DNA of 32,000 bases from Candidatus Hadarchaeota archaeon (GTDB lineage: Archaea > Hadarchaeota > Hadarchaeia > Hadarchaeales > Hadarchaeaceae): assembly GCA_964514965.1 (NCBI GenBank), contig CAZETV010000002.1, positions 150,001-182,000 on the forward strand. The letters are read 5' to 3'. The position numbers were made by a program, and so were the translations under genes. The notes under the pieces were generated by a model. It had not been told where the DNA came from, made no database searches, and saw only the letters and a list, made by a program, of their open reading frames with translations. This document shows, piece after piece, positions 1-9,335 of this stretch. Positions within the stretch are counted from its first letter, which is position 1. Each line of letters begins with the position of its first letter.

Positions 1-341
1 TCTGGCTGGCTTAGATTAAGCCCGATTATCTTACTCCCGACCAATAGCTGCATGACGATACCCGCGGTGACGATCGGCCCGATACCAAGCTCCATCAAGC
101 TCCCCGCATGGCTGGCGAGGATAAATCGCAGTTGACCAAAGACTGCCGTTTGCCCTGCTCCAGCAACCATTCCATAAAGCGAAACTTGGGTTAAAACGAA
201 GAAGGCGATGAGGGCTATCGCTGTCCACATGAATTTTTCCTTAAAGGAAACGTGCCGCTTCGGAACTGCGACCTCAGGAAGTCTTCGTACGAGGGCATCA
301 AGAACGTAAAGTTTGGATCGCGGCTTCTCAACTTGTTCCAT
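1..341 (-). CDS. secY: Preprotein translocase subunit SecY, N-terminal ~113 codons (3' end runs off the window)
   Basis: Not in the ORF track because it is open at the window edge. Hand translation of the reverse strand from ATG at 341-339 gives MEQVEKPRSKLYVLDALVRRLPEVAVPKRHVSFKEKFMWTAIALIAFFVLTQVSLYGMVAGAGQTAVFGQLRFILASHAGSLMELGIGPIVTAGIVMQLLVGSKIIGLNLSQP. The LGIGPIVTAGI.MQLL segment is the conserved SecY TM2 motif. It lies downstream of uL15, as in archaeal spc operons. The listed 31..228 ORF is a wrong-frame shadow of this gene. Confidence 0.9.
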   Translation of the reverse strand, partial: MEQVEKPRSKLYVLDALVRRLPEVAVPKRHVSFKEKFMWTAIALIAFFVLTQVSLYGMVAGAGQTAVFGQLRFILASHAGSLMELGIGPIVTAGIVMQLLVGSKIIGLNLSQP

Positions 342-786
342 CACCTTCACCTGTTATTGCATTGCCTCCTGCTTCCTCAAGTTTTCGCTTCGCCGACCCA
401 ACAAATTCTTTAGCGACAACCTCGATAGGGCGGGTGATGTGTCCTCCACCGAGCACCCTCTCAAAACCAAGCTTCCTGATGTCAACCACGATCCGCTCTT
501 CCTCCCGCTTGGCGATCCCCTGCTGCAGAAATTCTTCGAGGCGCTCGTCGAGTTCACCAATATTAATCGCATTGACTTTTCTATTCACTTTGGGTAAGCG
601 TGTGAATCCATGCTTGCCGAAATATTTGGGCATGTATCTGAGTGTGTAAGACCACTTCTGCTTGTGGCCACCGCTGCGTCCCTTTCCACCCTTTTCCCCG
701 CTCCCGCGTCCCCTTTTTGCGCATCCCCTTCCGTAAGTTCTTCCGCCTCGTTGCCTTCGAACCTTTCGTCTTCTTCGCACAACCAT
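328..786 (-). CDS. rpl15: 50S ribosomal protein uL15
   Basis: 152-aa ORF with an Arg/Gly-rich N-terminus (MVVRRRRKVRRQRGGRTYGRG...GGHKQKW) typical of uL15. Synteny uL30-uL15-secY. Confidence 0.95.
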   Translation of the reverse strand: MVVRRRRKVRRQRGGRTYGRGCAKRGRGSGEKGGKGRSGGHKQKWSYTLRYMPKYFGKHGFTRLPKVNRKVNAINIGELDERLEEFLQQGIAKREEERIVVDIRKLGFERVLGGGHITRPIEVVAKEFVGSAKRKLEEAGGNAITGEGDGTS

Positions 787-795
787 TCAAAACAC

Positions 796-1263
796 CTAAA
801 TCATTTTGAGGATGAGCTCATTGATTCGCTCACCACGGTAGCCCAGATCGCCAAAATCATTAAATGGTCGCTTAATGGCTTTGAATCCCTTTCGCGGTGG
901 GTGAAGTCTGAAAACTTTCTTCAATCTAGGAAGTGATCTAAGATTGGTCTCTCCAGCATGCACTGCAGCAGCGAACTCGCTCAATGATTGAAACGAAGTT
1001 TGAGATTTGACGAATTCATCAGTCAAGCGCTCGTCGCCAGCTAGCCTACCGCGTTTTCGGATGAGTTGCTCTAATACTTCCTTATCAATCTCCCCCCACG
1101 TAAGCACATCCTTTGCCTTCTGCAGCATCCCGCAGTATGTGGGGACATCATCGATTACAACGCAATGATTGACGCGCGTTAGGCATAACATTTTCATCAT
1201 TTCCCTCACCTTACGCCGCACATTCACGCTACTGCGTACTCTAATTACTGCTAGCTTGGTCAC
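796..1263 (-). CDS. rpl30: 50S ribosomal protein uL30
   Basis: 155 aa with a GTG start. The N-terminus (M)TKLAVIRVRSSVNVRRKV matches the archaeal uL30 pattern. Synteny uS5-uL30-uL15. Confidence 0.95.
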   Translation of the reverse strand: MTKLAVIRVRSSVNVRRKVREMMKMLCLTRVNHCVVIDDVPTYCGMLQKAKDVLTWGEIDKEVLEQLIRKRGRLAGDERLTDEFVKSQTSFQSLSEFAAAVHAGETNLRSLPRLKKVFRLHPPRKGFKAIKRPFNDFGDLGYRGERINELILKMI

Positions 1264-1948
1264 CTACTTCACCAACCTTTCCGATAAAAACGTGACCCCT
1301 ATGGGATTCCCGCAGAGCTACCCTCGTGGTCTGCTTGAGAGCGTCGAAAGTAGCAAGAGCGAAGTTGAGTGTCGTGCGTGTTTGCCCGCGTGAGTGAATC
1401 CAAGCATCCTTGATTCCAGCCATTCGAAGGATTATCTTCGAGACCTCGGCCGCTGTTAACCCTAGTCCGCGAGGGGCGGGTTTTATCATCATGCGAACGC
1501 TACCGCTTCTTCCAGTGACTTCAAATGGAACTGAATGAGGCCTCCCGCAAGCACACTCCCAGCTTCCGCAACCTCGCGCGACCTCCACGATGTTTAGTTT
1601 CGCCGTTGTTATGGCTTTTCTTATGGAGGGGCCAATCTCGCGCGCGCTCGCGTGTCCAACTCCAACAATCCCTCCCCGATTTCCGACTGCCGTGACTACA
1701 CGATATTTAATCCGACGCCCCGACTTGTGCATCCGCTGAACCAAGCTAACCCCCAAGATTTCCTCCTCGAGTTTTGGCACGAGTGCATCGATCACTTCAG
1801 ACTCTTTAATCGGCCTACCCTGCCGCAGAATCTGGGATATTTCTGTTATCTGCCCTTCCTTTACTGCTCGCCCCATGTTCGTCCGAGGCTGCCAAAGTTC
1901 AATGCTGAATTTCTCTCTTATTGGTTTTTTCCGCATTCTACTCACCAA
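1241..1948 (-). CDS. rps5: 30S ribosomal protein uS5
   Basis: 235 aa with uS5 core segments (VTAVGNRGGIVGVGHASAREIGPSIRKAI; KPAPRGLGL). Synteny uL18-uS5-uL30. Confidence 0.95.
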   Translation of the reverse strand: MVSRMRKKPIREKFSIELWQPRTNMGRAVKEGQITEISQILRQGRPIKESEVIDALVPKLEEEILGVSLVQRMHKSGRRIKYRVVTAVGNRGGIVGVGHASAREIGPSIRKAITTAKLNIVEVARGCGSWECACGRPHSVPFEVTGRSGSVRMMIKPAPRGLGLTAAEVSKIILRMAGIKDAWIHSRGQTRTTLNFALATFDALKQTTRVALRESHRGHVFIGKVGEVGDQASSN

Positions 1949-2540
1949 ACTGCGTAATTATTGCCTGCTTGATTTCATTAAAGTGCTCCGGTAGCTGTTC
2001 CGGAGAAAATCCGCGTTGAAGATAAGCGAAAAATTGTTTGCTATATGTTTTTTCATCTTTCTCCTTCAACTTCGCAGCATACTGGGCGATGTGCTCCCCG
2101 CGTATCCGTTCATCACCGGGTAAAACTCCTTCACCATGCGGGATTTGTAAACCCGCATTGAGTGCCCCTTTGAGAACGGTGAAAACTTTAACTTGTGAAA
2201 TTGGGTTGTGCATCCCGACATCCAAAGCACATTCCTTTGTCCCAGCTTTCAGCGCGCGGTAGCCGCAGAGAAGCCCCACTAGGTAGGCCGCGGGAGTATT
2301 TGCAGTGTATCCTTTCCACCCAAGCTTCTCAAGCTCTTTCGAGTGCGCTGAGGCGATGGTGATATCACCGCTAGGGGTGGCGCGCACTAATTGCACTATG
2401 ACATGCTTTAGCGAAATTCTCGCTACTAGCCGAGGTTTGCCCGAGCGTAGGAACTTGAGTCTAACTCTATAGTCAGTCTTCCCCTTTCGCTTACGCCTGA
2501 ACTGAACCTTCCAGCGGGGTCCGATCTTAGACATTTTCAT
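1938..2540 (-). CDS. rpl18: 50S ribosomal protein uL18
   Basis: 200 aa with N-terminal RRKRKGKTDYRVRLKFL typical of archaeal uL18. Synteny eL19-uL18-uS5. Confidence 0.95.
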   Translation of the reverse strand: MKMSKIGPRWKVQFRRKRKGKTDYRVRLKFLRSGKPRLVARISLKHVIVQLVRATPSGDITIASAHSKELEKLGWKGYTANTPAAYLVGLLCGYRALKAGTKECALDVGMHNPISQVKVFTVLKGALNAGLQIPHGEGVLPGDERIRGEHIAQYAAKLKEKDEKTYSKQFFAYLQRGFSPEQLPEHFNEIKQAIITQFGE

Positions 2541-2986
2541 CCCTTCAGAAATCCTCGTTCCTTAAGGTGGGTTTCTAGATGAGCTTTGCTTTTGAAGGCA
2601 CCACCTTTTACCATCCGGTAGAGCCTGCGATATTCATGCCGGTCGATCGTTCCATCTCGCTTAAGTTCACGCAGCTTCACTCGAAGTGGCCGCACGGTTC
2701 TAATCCAACTCGCCTTTTTCGGTTGCCTAGCTCTCAGTGTACCCTTCCTGCTTCCAACGCCTCGCCGCCTACCTTGTTTGCGCTTAATGGCCCGTCGCCT
2801 GAACCTCCCACGGCTTATCCCCAGCTCTGGCTTCGCTTTTATCGCGCCCTGCCGAATCAAACGCTTGATATCTTCACGCGATATCGCCGAAGAGATATCT
2901 GCGATACGGGAAGAGTCGATCCAAACTCGGTTAACGCCCACACCGAGAATATCAGCTGCTAGCCTACGTTGCGTGTTCAACTTCAC
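2537..2986 (-). CDS. rpl19e: 50S ribosomal protein eL19
   Basis: 149 aa with a GTG start. (M)KLNTQRRLAADILGVGVNRVWID is the eL19 N-terminal signature. Confidence 0.95.
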   Translation of the reverse strand: MKLNTQRRLAADILGVGVNRVWIDSSRIADISSAISREDIKRLIRQGAIKAKPELGISRGRFRRRAIKRKQGRRRGVGSRKGTLRARQPKKASWIRTVRPLRVKLRELKRDGTIDRHEYRRLYRMVKGGAFKSKAHLETHLKERGFLKG

Positions 2987-3347
2987 GTTTTTCGACTCCT
3001 CTAGGATTTAGTACTCGAATACCAAGCTCCTTGGCTTTAATCATAATCTTTTCTCTTTTTCGCCCACCAACGCTTGAGCCTATCCGAACCGCTTGCTTAC
3101 TCGTGTCAAGTCCTTCAAGATCACGAAGAGCATGCACCATAACCTCGACAAATCCAGAAGGATGAACTCCTCTTACACTTTTGGGCAATCGATAGCCAAC
3201 TGAAACAATCGCTGGTTTTCCCTTTATGCCGAGACGCATCTTACTGTCGTTGCCCCTAGGCTTGCGCCACTTCTCACCAAGCTTTGCGAACCTAAACCAC
3301 TCCTGACGCCTGAATTTAGGAGTACGTTTTTTTCTTGTCATTCTCAT
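2964..3347 (-). CDS. rpl32e: 50S ribosomal protein eL32
   Basis: 127 aa containing the eL32-type segment FRRQEWFRFAKLGEKWRKPRGNDSKMR. Synteny uL6-eL32-eL19. Confidence 0.9.
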   Translation of the reverse strand: MRMTRKKRTPKFRRQEWFRFAKLGEKWRKPRGNDSKMRLGIKGKPAIVSVGYRLPKSVRGVHPSGFVEVMVHALRDLEGLDTSKQAVRIGSSVGGRKREKIMIKAKELGIRVLNPRGVEKREVEHAT

Positions 3348-3877
3348 GCCCTCTCTACAATATAACAGCCGTCTTGAAAAACGCGTGGATCGCGGTGCCT
3401 GATGAAAGTTGCTTGTTCGATGTTAAACGCCGTTTGTCCGACTTCGTCCCTATCGATGCCTTGGACAATTATTTCGTCCCCTTTTACTTCCACTTTCACG
3501 TCACCGACAATTTTTGCCACGCGGGGGGCCCGCTCGCCGAGAAAGTTTTGAATCAGAACCCGCTTTCCATCTATTTTTATCGTGACCGGAAAATGCGAGT
3601 AAACCACGCTGAGCTTGTAGGTGAAACCGTTAGTAACTCCCGTAAACATGTTAAGCAAACGAGCCCGAATCATTCCAAGTGCAGCTCGACGCTTCCGACG
3701 CGGAGACGATATTTCGATACAAATCTTTTTCTCCTCCATTCTCAGTTCGACTCCAAGGATATCGAATTTTTGTACAAGCTTACCCTTTGGTCCACTAACC
3801 TCAATCGACTTGTCCAAGAGCTTAAGCTCCACCCCTTCGGGCGCCTTTATCTCTTCTCTGATTTTTGCCATTACCAT
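3344..3877 (-). CDS. rpl6: 50S ribosomal protein uL6
   Basis: 177 aa with the two-repeat uL6 architecture (IKAPEGVELKL...; VGDVKVEVKGDEIIVQGID). A GGTG Shine-Dalgarno-like element lies 5 nt upstream. The start could instead be the second ATG at 3871. Confidence 0.93.
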   Translation of the reverse strand: MVMAKIREEIKAPEGVELKLLDKSIEVSGPKGKLVQKFDILGVELRMEEKKICIEISSPRRKRRAALGMIRARLLNMFTGVTNGFTYKLSVVYSHFPVTIKIDGKRVLIQNFLGERAPRVAKIVGDVKVEVKGDEIIVQGIDRDEVGQTAFNIEQATFIRHRDPRVFQDGCYIVERA

Positions 3878-4081
3878 TTGGACACCATCACACGACTAAA
3901 CATTCTTTTAGTCTTTCATAACATTTTAGGGCACTTGATATAAGGTTTAGAGTAAGGTTCAAAGCGTGTCTATTTTTTTGTAGAACATTGGGAAATTCAT
4001 TGAATGATTTATACACAAACCAGCACCCACGTGAATCATCGGCAAGAAGCATTTCACATATCGAAGTCCTGGTGTGGATAA

Positions 4082-4483
4082 TTAGTAAACGTATGCTAAA
4101 AGTCGCCCACCCAAACCCTGCTCTTCAGCCTGTCGATGGGGTATGACCCCTCGCTGGGTGGAGACCAATAACAAGCCGAACCCAGCCGCGGGCAGGTATC
4201 GCTCCTCCCACCGCTCGTAATCGTCGTGCTTCACGGCGTATCGGGGTTTTATTACCCCACACCCGTTTATCTTACCCTGCAGCACGACCCTGAACTTTCC
4301 ACCACGACCATTGTCTATGAACTCGAACTCACCTATGAATCCTTCTTTCTGCATTATGCGCAACACCTCGCTGATCAGCTTCGATGCAGGAGCAACTACT
4401 GTCTCGCGCTTTCGGGCGCGCTCGTAGTTCTCGATTTTTGACAGCGCGTTGGCTAGAGGATCTAACAACATCTGCTCACCCAT
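4082..4483 (-). CDS. rps8: 30S ribosomal protein uS8
   Basis: 133 aa. [18 protein letters not shown] and the C-terminal GGRLLAYVY are typical uS8. Synteny uS14-uS8-uL6. Confidence 0.95.
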   Translation of the reverse strand: MGEQMLLDPLANALSKIENYERARKRETVVAPASKLISEVLRIMQKEGFIGEFEFIDNGRGGKFRVVLQGKINGCGVIKPRYAVKHDDYERWEERYLPAAGFGLLLVSTQRGVIPHRQAEEQGLGGRLLAYVY

Positions 4484-4622
4484 ATTTTTTGAACCCCATC
4501 TTCGGCGCTAGTTCGCGGAAACAGCGCCGACACAACTTTAGCCCGTATTGTTGGTATACATGCCCATACCTTCCACATCGAATGCACTTATGGGTTCCCC
4601 GTCCAAACTTCCGCTTTGACAT
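4476..4622 (-). CDS. rps14: 30S ribosomal protein uS14 (zinc-binding type, 48 aa)
   Basis: Below the ORF-track size cut-off, so read by hand. The reverse strand from ATG 4622-4620 gives [48 protein letters not shown], with stop TGA at 4478-4476. It has a CxxC...CxxC zinc ribbon. It fills the expected uL5-uS14-uS8 slot, with a TAATG overlap with uL5 and an 8-nt overlap with uS8. Confidence 0.93.
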   Translation of the reverse strand: MSKRKFGRGTHKCIRCGRYGHVYQQYGLKLCRRCFRELAPKMGFKKYG

Positions 4623-5128
4623 TAGACCACCTGAACTCCAAATTTCTCAGTGACGAAATTTATTGCTTCCTCTTTAACGATACAGTGCCTTTTTGGTATA
4701 GCCTTTGGTTGACGCCTCCTGCGCCTAACACGATATCCAGGCCTCTGAAGCGTCACGCAAACATCTACCCCGAAGATGCCTATTTCTGGGTCATAAGAAA
4801 TGCCTGAGATATCGATGTGCTCCTTGACCCCAAAAGCGAAGTTTTCCTTACCATCAAAACACTTTTCGCTGAGACGACGTTCGACTGCATCGAACAATCG
4901 TTTTAAAATTTTTGTAGCTTCCTCGCCCCGTAGCGTAACCTTGCAGCCTATGAACTCGTCTTTCTTAACTCCCCATTCCCTTACCGCCCGCTTTGCCTGC
5001 GTTCGCGCTGGTTTTCGGCCCGTGATGCTCTCTAACACCCGCTCGGCCTTCGCTAGCTTGTCGCCGCCCTCGCCGACCCCTATATTCAGGGTAACTTTCT
5101 CGATTCTAATATCGCGCATCAGATTCAT
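4622..5128 (-). CDS. rpl5: 50S ribosomal protein uL5
   Basis: 168 aa; [19 protein letters not shown] is a typical uL5 start. Synteny eS4-uL5-uS14. Confidence 0.95.
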   Translation of the reverse strand: MNLMRDIRIEKVTLNIGVGEGGDKLAKAERVLESITGRKPARTQAKRAVREWGVKKDEFIGCKVTLRGEEATKILKRLFDAVERRLSEKCFDGKENFAFGVKEHIDISGISYDPEIGIFGVDVCVTLQRPGYRVRRRRRQPKAIPKRHCIVKEEAINFVTEKFGVQVV

Positions 5129-5856
5129 ACGGGTGCCTCCTGCAACGAAATGGCGGGCTTCTCCTTTCCAACAACAAACACATAATGTTCGGGAGCTTGG
5201 AAAGTTCCGCCAGCGACCGCGAGCGTCACGATGTTTGGCTGTGTGCCCTCGATCAGATTGACATCGGTTATGATGCCTACCTTGCTCACGTTTTTCCCAC
5301 CGGTGATCAACACCGCAGCCCCTTTTTCAAACGGAAACCGCCCAATCACCTTGAACTCAGGTAGGGCAAGCTTTATCACATCTTCAGGCTTGAATTCATC
5401 GAAATCACCAACGAGCGTCTTGCCGTCGTGAAAAGAGAGCTGAACCCGCTTGCCCCGTATGATATCTTTACGCATAATCTTGCAGAGCTTCAAAGATGTT
5501 TCAGCTTTATCTATCTCATGGAGGACTAGACGCCCGCGGTTGTCTAGAAGAACTCGATAGTTTTGGTCCAAGGCAAGAAATTGCACCACATCCATCAGGC
5601 CAACGGGAAACTTGGGACTTCGCCTCACCCTACCGTCCACGAGCACTTGCCCTCCCGCGAGAATTCTATCCGCTTCCCGAGCGGTTCGGGCAAGCGAGAG
5701 ATAATCCCTCAGAAGCAGGCGAAGCGGCATGGAACTATCGCGAGGATGGGGTCCTGGCGAGGGCTTCACCATCCAAGGGAAAGACTTACGCGGAAGCTTC
5801 AATGCCCGCGGTGCAGCGTAACGTTTCATGTGTTTACTTTGCCCTTTTTTCGCCAC
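5125..5856 (-). CDS. rps4e: 30S ribosomal protein eS4
   Basis: 243 aa with a GTG start. (M)AKKGQSKHMKRYAAPRALKLPRK is the eS4 N-terminal signature. Confidence 0.95.
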   Translation of the reverse strand: MAKKGQSKHMKRYAAPRALKLPRKSFPWMVKPSPGPHPRDSSMPLRLLLRDYLSLARTAREADRILAGGQVLVDGRVRRSPKFPVGLMDVVQFLALDQNYRVLLDNRGRLVLHEIDKAETSLKLCKIMRKDIIRGKRVQLSFHDGKTLVGDFDEFKPEDVIKLALPEFKVIGRFPFEKGAAVLITGGKNVSKVGIITDVNLIEGTQPNIVTLAVAGGTFQAPEHYVFVVGKEKPAISLQEAPV

Positions 5857-6211
5857 TTTTTGACCTCCTCTCGAGCACTTTATCGCGCTCCTTGTCTGAA
5901 GCTAGCTTTATCAATACAACGTTTGAGGGCACGAGTGACCTATTGATTTGAGTTCCATCAGCCTTTGTAGTCGTTGCCCCCTGAACTTGAATGCGGCGCC
6001 GCTTCGTATCTACCCCAATCACATCGCCCTCAAGCTTCGTAAAGTCGCCATGCATGACTCGCACTTTGTCCCCCTTCCGCACGGGTAGGGAACGCGTTTT
6101 GTATTTTCCTCGAAGCTCTCGGCTGAGGGACGCGGAAAGGAATCGGTGCCTCCGGTGCAAGGGCGCGGCGTAAAGCGCTAAGTGTTGTTTTCTAGATTGT
6201 TTGCTCACCAT
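5834..6211 (-). CDS. rpl24: 50S ribosomal protein uL24
   Basis: 125 aa with a KOW motif (VRKGDKVRVMHGDFTKLEGDVIGV). Synteny uL14-uL24-eS4. Confidence 0.95.
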   Translation of the reverse strand: MVSKQSRKQHLALYAAPLHRRHRFLSASLSRELRGKYKTRSLPVRKGDKVRVMHGDFTKLEGDVIGVDTKRRRIQVQGATTTKADGTQINRSLVPSNVVLIKLASDKERDKVLERRSKSGEKRAK

Positions 6212-6214
6212 CTT

Positions 6215-6640
6215 TCATACCACCGTTGAAGCTATCCCAGCTACGCGGGGCCACCGTTCGGCTGCCTCTCGAGCCATTGGTCCTTTAATCTCTGAACCCC
6301 TAGGAGCTCCCTCAGGAGTTATCAAAACTGCTGCGTTACCCTCAAATTTTACCCGCATCCCATCTGTGCGGCGATACTCCTTGCGCTGGCGGATGACTAT
6401 TGCGCGGACGAGCTGTTTTCGAAACTCGGGGGTGCCCCGCTTGACCGAGGCGACGATGTGATCCCCTATCCCCGCCTTGCCCATGCGCCTACGTCGACCG
6501 CGATAACCGACGACGTTCACAATCTGCAACTCCTTGGCTCCCGTGTTATCGGCACAGTCGAGACGTGCACCAATCGGTAACGCCCTTATAGGCGCCATCG
6601 CGGTCACACCAATCGAAGTGCCAACACCTTTCTTCCCCAT
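6215..6640 (-). CDS. rpl14: 50S ribosomal protein uL14
   Basis: 141 aa containing the uL14 core segment [18 protein letters not shown]. Confidence 0.95.
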   Translation of the reverse strand: MGKKGVGTSIGVTAMAPIRALPIGARLDCADNTGAKELQIVNVVGYRGRRRRMGKAGIGDHIVASVKRGTPEFRKQLVRAIVIRQRKEYRRTDGMRVKFEGNAAVLITPEGAPRGSEIKGPMAREAAERWPRVAGIASTVV

Positions 6641-6641
6641 A

Positions 6642-6959
6642 CTACGCCCCCAGTTTCTGCACGACGACGAATGCTTTTGTCTTGCTTAGTCGCCGACACT
6701 CCATAATTTTCACTTTATCACCAACGCGAGCGGAAATACATGGTGGGTTGTGAGCATGAAGCTTGGAGGTACGACGTTCATATCGCTCGTATTTTGGGAT
6801 TACCTGCATTCGCTCCATCTCAATCGTAACAGTACGTGACATCTTATCGCTCACCACGACGCCCTCGAAAGTTCTACCTCGCGCCGAAAGCGTACCGTGG
6901 AAGGGACACTTCGGATCGGAACATCGCTCCTTTGGTGATTTTATTCCCATGCCTACCAT
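6642..6959 (-). CDS. rps17: 30S ribosomal protein uS17
   Basis: 105 aa; [23 protein letters not shown] is typical archaeal uS17. Confidence 0.95.
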   Translation of the reverse strand: MVGMGIKSPKERCSDPKCPFHGTLSARGRTFEGVVVSDKMSRTVTIEMERMQVIPKYERYERRTSKLHAHNPPCISARVGDKVKIMECRRLSKTKAFVVVQKLGA

Positions 6960-6963
6960 AGTT

Positions 6964-7245
6964 TTACCTCCTTAGCTTCACTCGCCCCTCAGGCCGCCCG
7001 ACGAGCTTCTCTCCGTCGACTTCAACTTTCTCGCCGTTAGGGCTGGTGAACATGAATCTAGAGCTTGCCTTGGGTAAGATCTTGGCCCTGCCATCCTGCT
7101 CGATTATCAGTATGTTTCGAGTCTCGTCGATGATTACGCCATAAGTGTCGAGTAGCGTAGGATCCGAACTATTCGTGACCCTAGCCTCGAACCCAATGAG
7201 CTCATGCCGCAGCACGTTTCGCTTAGTTATCGGCATACTCTTCAC
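6964..7245 (-). CDS. rnp1: RNase P protein component 1 (Rpp29/Pop4 homolog)
   Basis: 93 aa. [34 protein letters not shown] fits the Sm-like Rpp29 fold pattern. It occupies the conserved archaeal position immediately upstream of rps17. Confidence 0.85.
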   Translation of the reverse strand: MKSMPITKRNVLRHELIGFEARVTNSSDPTLLDTYGVIIDETRNILIIEQDGRAKILPKASSRFMFTSPNGEKVEVDGEKLVGRPEGRVKLRR

Positions 7246-7545
7246 CTATCTCGTATCAATCATCTCAGGGGAGAAACCCATCCCCACGAGTACCTCCTTT
7301 GCTCGGGCTTTGTGATTGCCCTGAAGTTCGATATGACCTTCTTTCGAAGTTCCGCCGCACGCGAGCTTCGATTTCAAGCTTTTCGTCAGTTCCTTGATAT
7401 CAAGTTGTTTTTCATCTATGCCCTCAATAATAGTCATAATTTTGCCGTATTTTCGCTTGATTGAATATACGTTAATCCGTTGTTGTTCGCGGGCGATCTC
7501 TTGACAAACACAAAGTTCTTTGGGCAAACCACAGACCTTACACAC
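7246..7545 (-). CDS. Translation initiation factor aIF1 (SUI1 family)
   Basis: 99 aa with an N-terminal Cys knuckle (CKVCGLPKELCVC) followed by a SUI1 domain (YGKIMTIIEGI...LACGGTSKEGHIELQGNH). Confidence 0.9.
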   Translation of the reverse strand: MCKVCGLPKELCVCQEIAREQQRINVYSIKRKYGKIMTIIEGIDEKQLDIKELTKSLKSKLACGGTSKEGHIELQGNHKARAKEVLVGMGFSPEMIDTR

Positions 7546-7557
7546 CTCTGGCAGCTC

Positions 7558-7767
7558 TCATACACCTCCCCTTTGTTTTTCTTTCATGATGGTGAGTATT
7601 CGAGCTATCGTATGTCGAAGGTCGCGGATTCGCGCCGGGTTCTCGAGCGAGCCTCCTGCAGCTGCCGTGGCGCGTGTTCGAGCGAGTTCGGCCCGGAGTT
7701 CTCTGATCTTTGCCTTCATCTCCTCAAAGTTCAAATCTCGAATCTCACTGGACCTTAGTATCGCCAT
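7558..7767 (-). CDS. rpl29: 50S ribosomal protein uL29
   Basis: The track ORF (7558..7893, 111 aa) is over-extended. The uL29-like sequence starts at the internal ATG (7767): MAILRSSEIRDLNFEEMKAKIRELRAELARTR..., 69 aa. The upstream 42 codons lie entirely inside rps3. Confidence 0.9.
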   Translation of the reverse strand: MAILRSSEIRDLNFEEMKAKIRELRAELARTRATAAAGGSLENPARIRDLRHTIARILTIMKEKQRGGV

Positions 7768-8476
7768 TTCCCTCGTCCTCCTCTGGTTTAACCTCTTTTG
7801 CTTCTCCTTCAGCAGCCTTAGCTTTTTCCTGCCCCTCGCCCTTTTCCACTGCTGGAACAGCTTCAGCTGGCTTGGGAATTTCCTCAGATGCAATTTTAAT
7901 CTCGTCGGGTAGTGGAACCTCAGGGGGCATTATCAGTACCTTTATCCCTGCTATTCCCGGCTTCAGCTTCGCAGCCGCGTAACCATGGCTAACCAATTTT
8001 TTTGCTGGTTCCCCTGCCTTGCTGAGATAACCTTGATAGAAGCGTTGAGTACGGGTGCGTTCTCCAGCTATCCTACCTGAAATCGTGACTTCGGCACCTC
8101 TGGCACCAGCGTTCATCACCCTCCGCAGCGCAGTGTGCCCGACCCGCCTCGCGCTTATCCCACGCTCAAGGGCGAACGCGATTCGCTTTGCCATGATAGG
8201 GGCGCAGAGTTCAGGCTTCGTGAGCTCGACTACTTCTACCTGCGGATTCTCCAATCCAAATTTTTGAGCAAGCTCATCAGTGAGATGCTTTATGCTCTTT
8301 CCCTTACGTCCGATCACCATTCCGGGCCGCTCGACATAGAGTGCGACCCGCGTGCCAGTTGGGATCCGCTTGATGTCTGCCCCACCGTACCCCGCACGCT
8401 CAAGCTCTCGCTCTAAGAACTCCTCAAGCTCCATACGTTTCAAGCCGAGCTTAATGAATGTGCGCTCCACGGGCAC
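7745..8476 (-). CDS. rps3: 30S ribosomal protein uS3
   Basis: 243 aa with a KH domain (GMVIGRKGKSIKHL) and the uS3 C-domain. Ends in a ~45-aa Lys/Glu/Ala-rich tail. Confidence 0.95.
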   Translation of the reverse strand: MPVERTFIKLGLKRMELEEFLERELERAGYGGADIKRIPTGTRVALYVERPGMVIGRKGKSIKHLTDELAQKFGLENPQVEVVELTKPELCAPIMAKRIAFALERGISARRVGHTALRRVMNAGARGAEVTISGRIAGERTRTQRFYQGYLSKAGEPAKKLVSHGYAAAKLKPGIAGIKVLIMPPEVPLPDEIKIASEEIPKPAEAVPAVEKGEGQEKAKAAEGEAKEVKPEEDEGNGDTKVQ

Positions 8477-8928
8477 TAGGCTACCTCCTTGAGGATTATC
8501 TCCACATTAGTCAGCGGCTTGTTGAAAGAGGTGGCTCGAGCGAAAGCGCGGGGCAAAAATCCGGGGATTGTGATCCCCTTCTGAGCACTTGCGTGCACGA
8601 CTTTGAGCTTCTCCGTATCGAGCCCTTTGTACGTCGCGTTGGCCTCAGCATTCTCCAAAATATTCAGAATCGCGCGTGCTGTTTTAACCGGGAACTGTCC
8701 GCTTCCCCCTGCCCCTCGCCTGTGCGCAATCTTCTTTCGATGACGCTTGAACGGGACGGGCTTTTTCTTATCAACAACAGCTTGCAAATAATCCTTGGCC
8801 GTTGCTAATCTCATGCCTCTGATTGCCCTGCAGACTTCCATCGCGTGCTTTGGGGAGGCCCGCATTTCTTTGCCGAAAGCTTTCGCACATGGTTCATCCA
8901 CTTTTTTAGAATAACCAAACTTAGGCAT
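8476..8928 (-). CDS. rpl22: 50S ribosomal protein uL22
   Basis: 150 aa; SPKHAMEVCRAIRGMRL is a typical uL22 segment. Synteny uS19-uL22-uS3. Confidence 0.95.
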   Translation of the reverse strand: MPKFGYSKKVDEPCAKAFGKEMRASPKHAMEVCRAIRGMRLATAKDYLQAVVDKKKPVPFKRHRKKIAHRRGAGGSGQFPVKTARAILNILENAEANATYKGLDTEKLKVVHASAQKGITIPGFLPRAFARATSFNKPLTNVEIILKEVA

Positions 8929-8932
8929 TATA

Positions 8933-9331
8933 TCACTTCAACGGAACATACAACGAACTGCGGGTTGCCCCGATACCAGGCATTCCATGGGTGACCTTCC
9001 GGCGCGTTTGGGAGAACTCGCCCAGGCGGTGACCGACCATTTCCGGCGTCACCTCGACCATGATAAACTCCTTTCCATTGTGAATGGCGAACTTCAGGCC
9101 TACCATCTCGGGCAGTATCACCATCTCTCGACAATGGGTTCGGATGGGAACATCTATTTTTCCGGTCTCCTGCACCTTTCGAATGCGCTCCATCAACTTC
9201 TTCTCTCGAGGCGTGAGGCCGCGAACAAGCGAGCGTCGCTGACGTGCTGGCAGAAGCTTTGCGAAATCATCAAGCGTAAGCTTCTGAAGGTCCTCAATCG
9301 AATATCCTCTAAACATAAACTTCTTCGGCAT
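8933..9331 (-). CDS. rps19: 30S ribosomal protein uS19
   Basis: 132 aa; [31 protein letters not shown] is the uS19 core. Confidence 0.95.
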   Translation of the reverse strand: MPKKFMFRGYSIEDLQKLTLDDFAKLLPARQRRSLVRGLTPREKKLMERIRKVQETGKIDVPIRTHCREMVILPEMVGLKFAIHNGKEFIMVEVTPEMVGHRLGEFSQTRRKVTHGMPGIGATRSSLYVPLK

Positions 9332-9335
9332 GTTT

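Noticed and set aside
31-228. 65-aa minus-strand ORF at the window start
   Set aside because: It is the wrong reading frame of secY. The correct frame is open from 341 to the window edge and carries the SecY TM2 motif.
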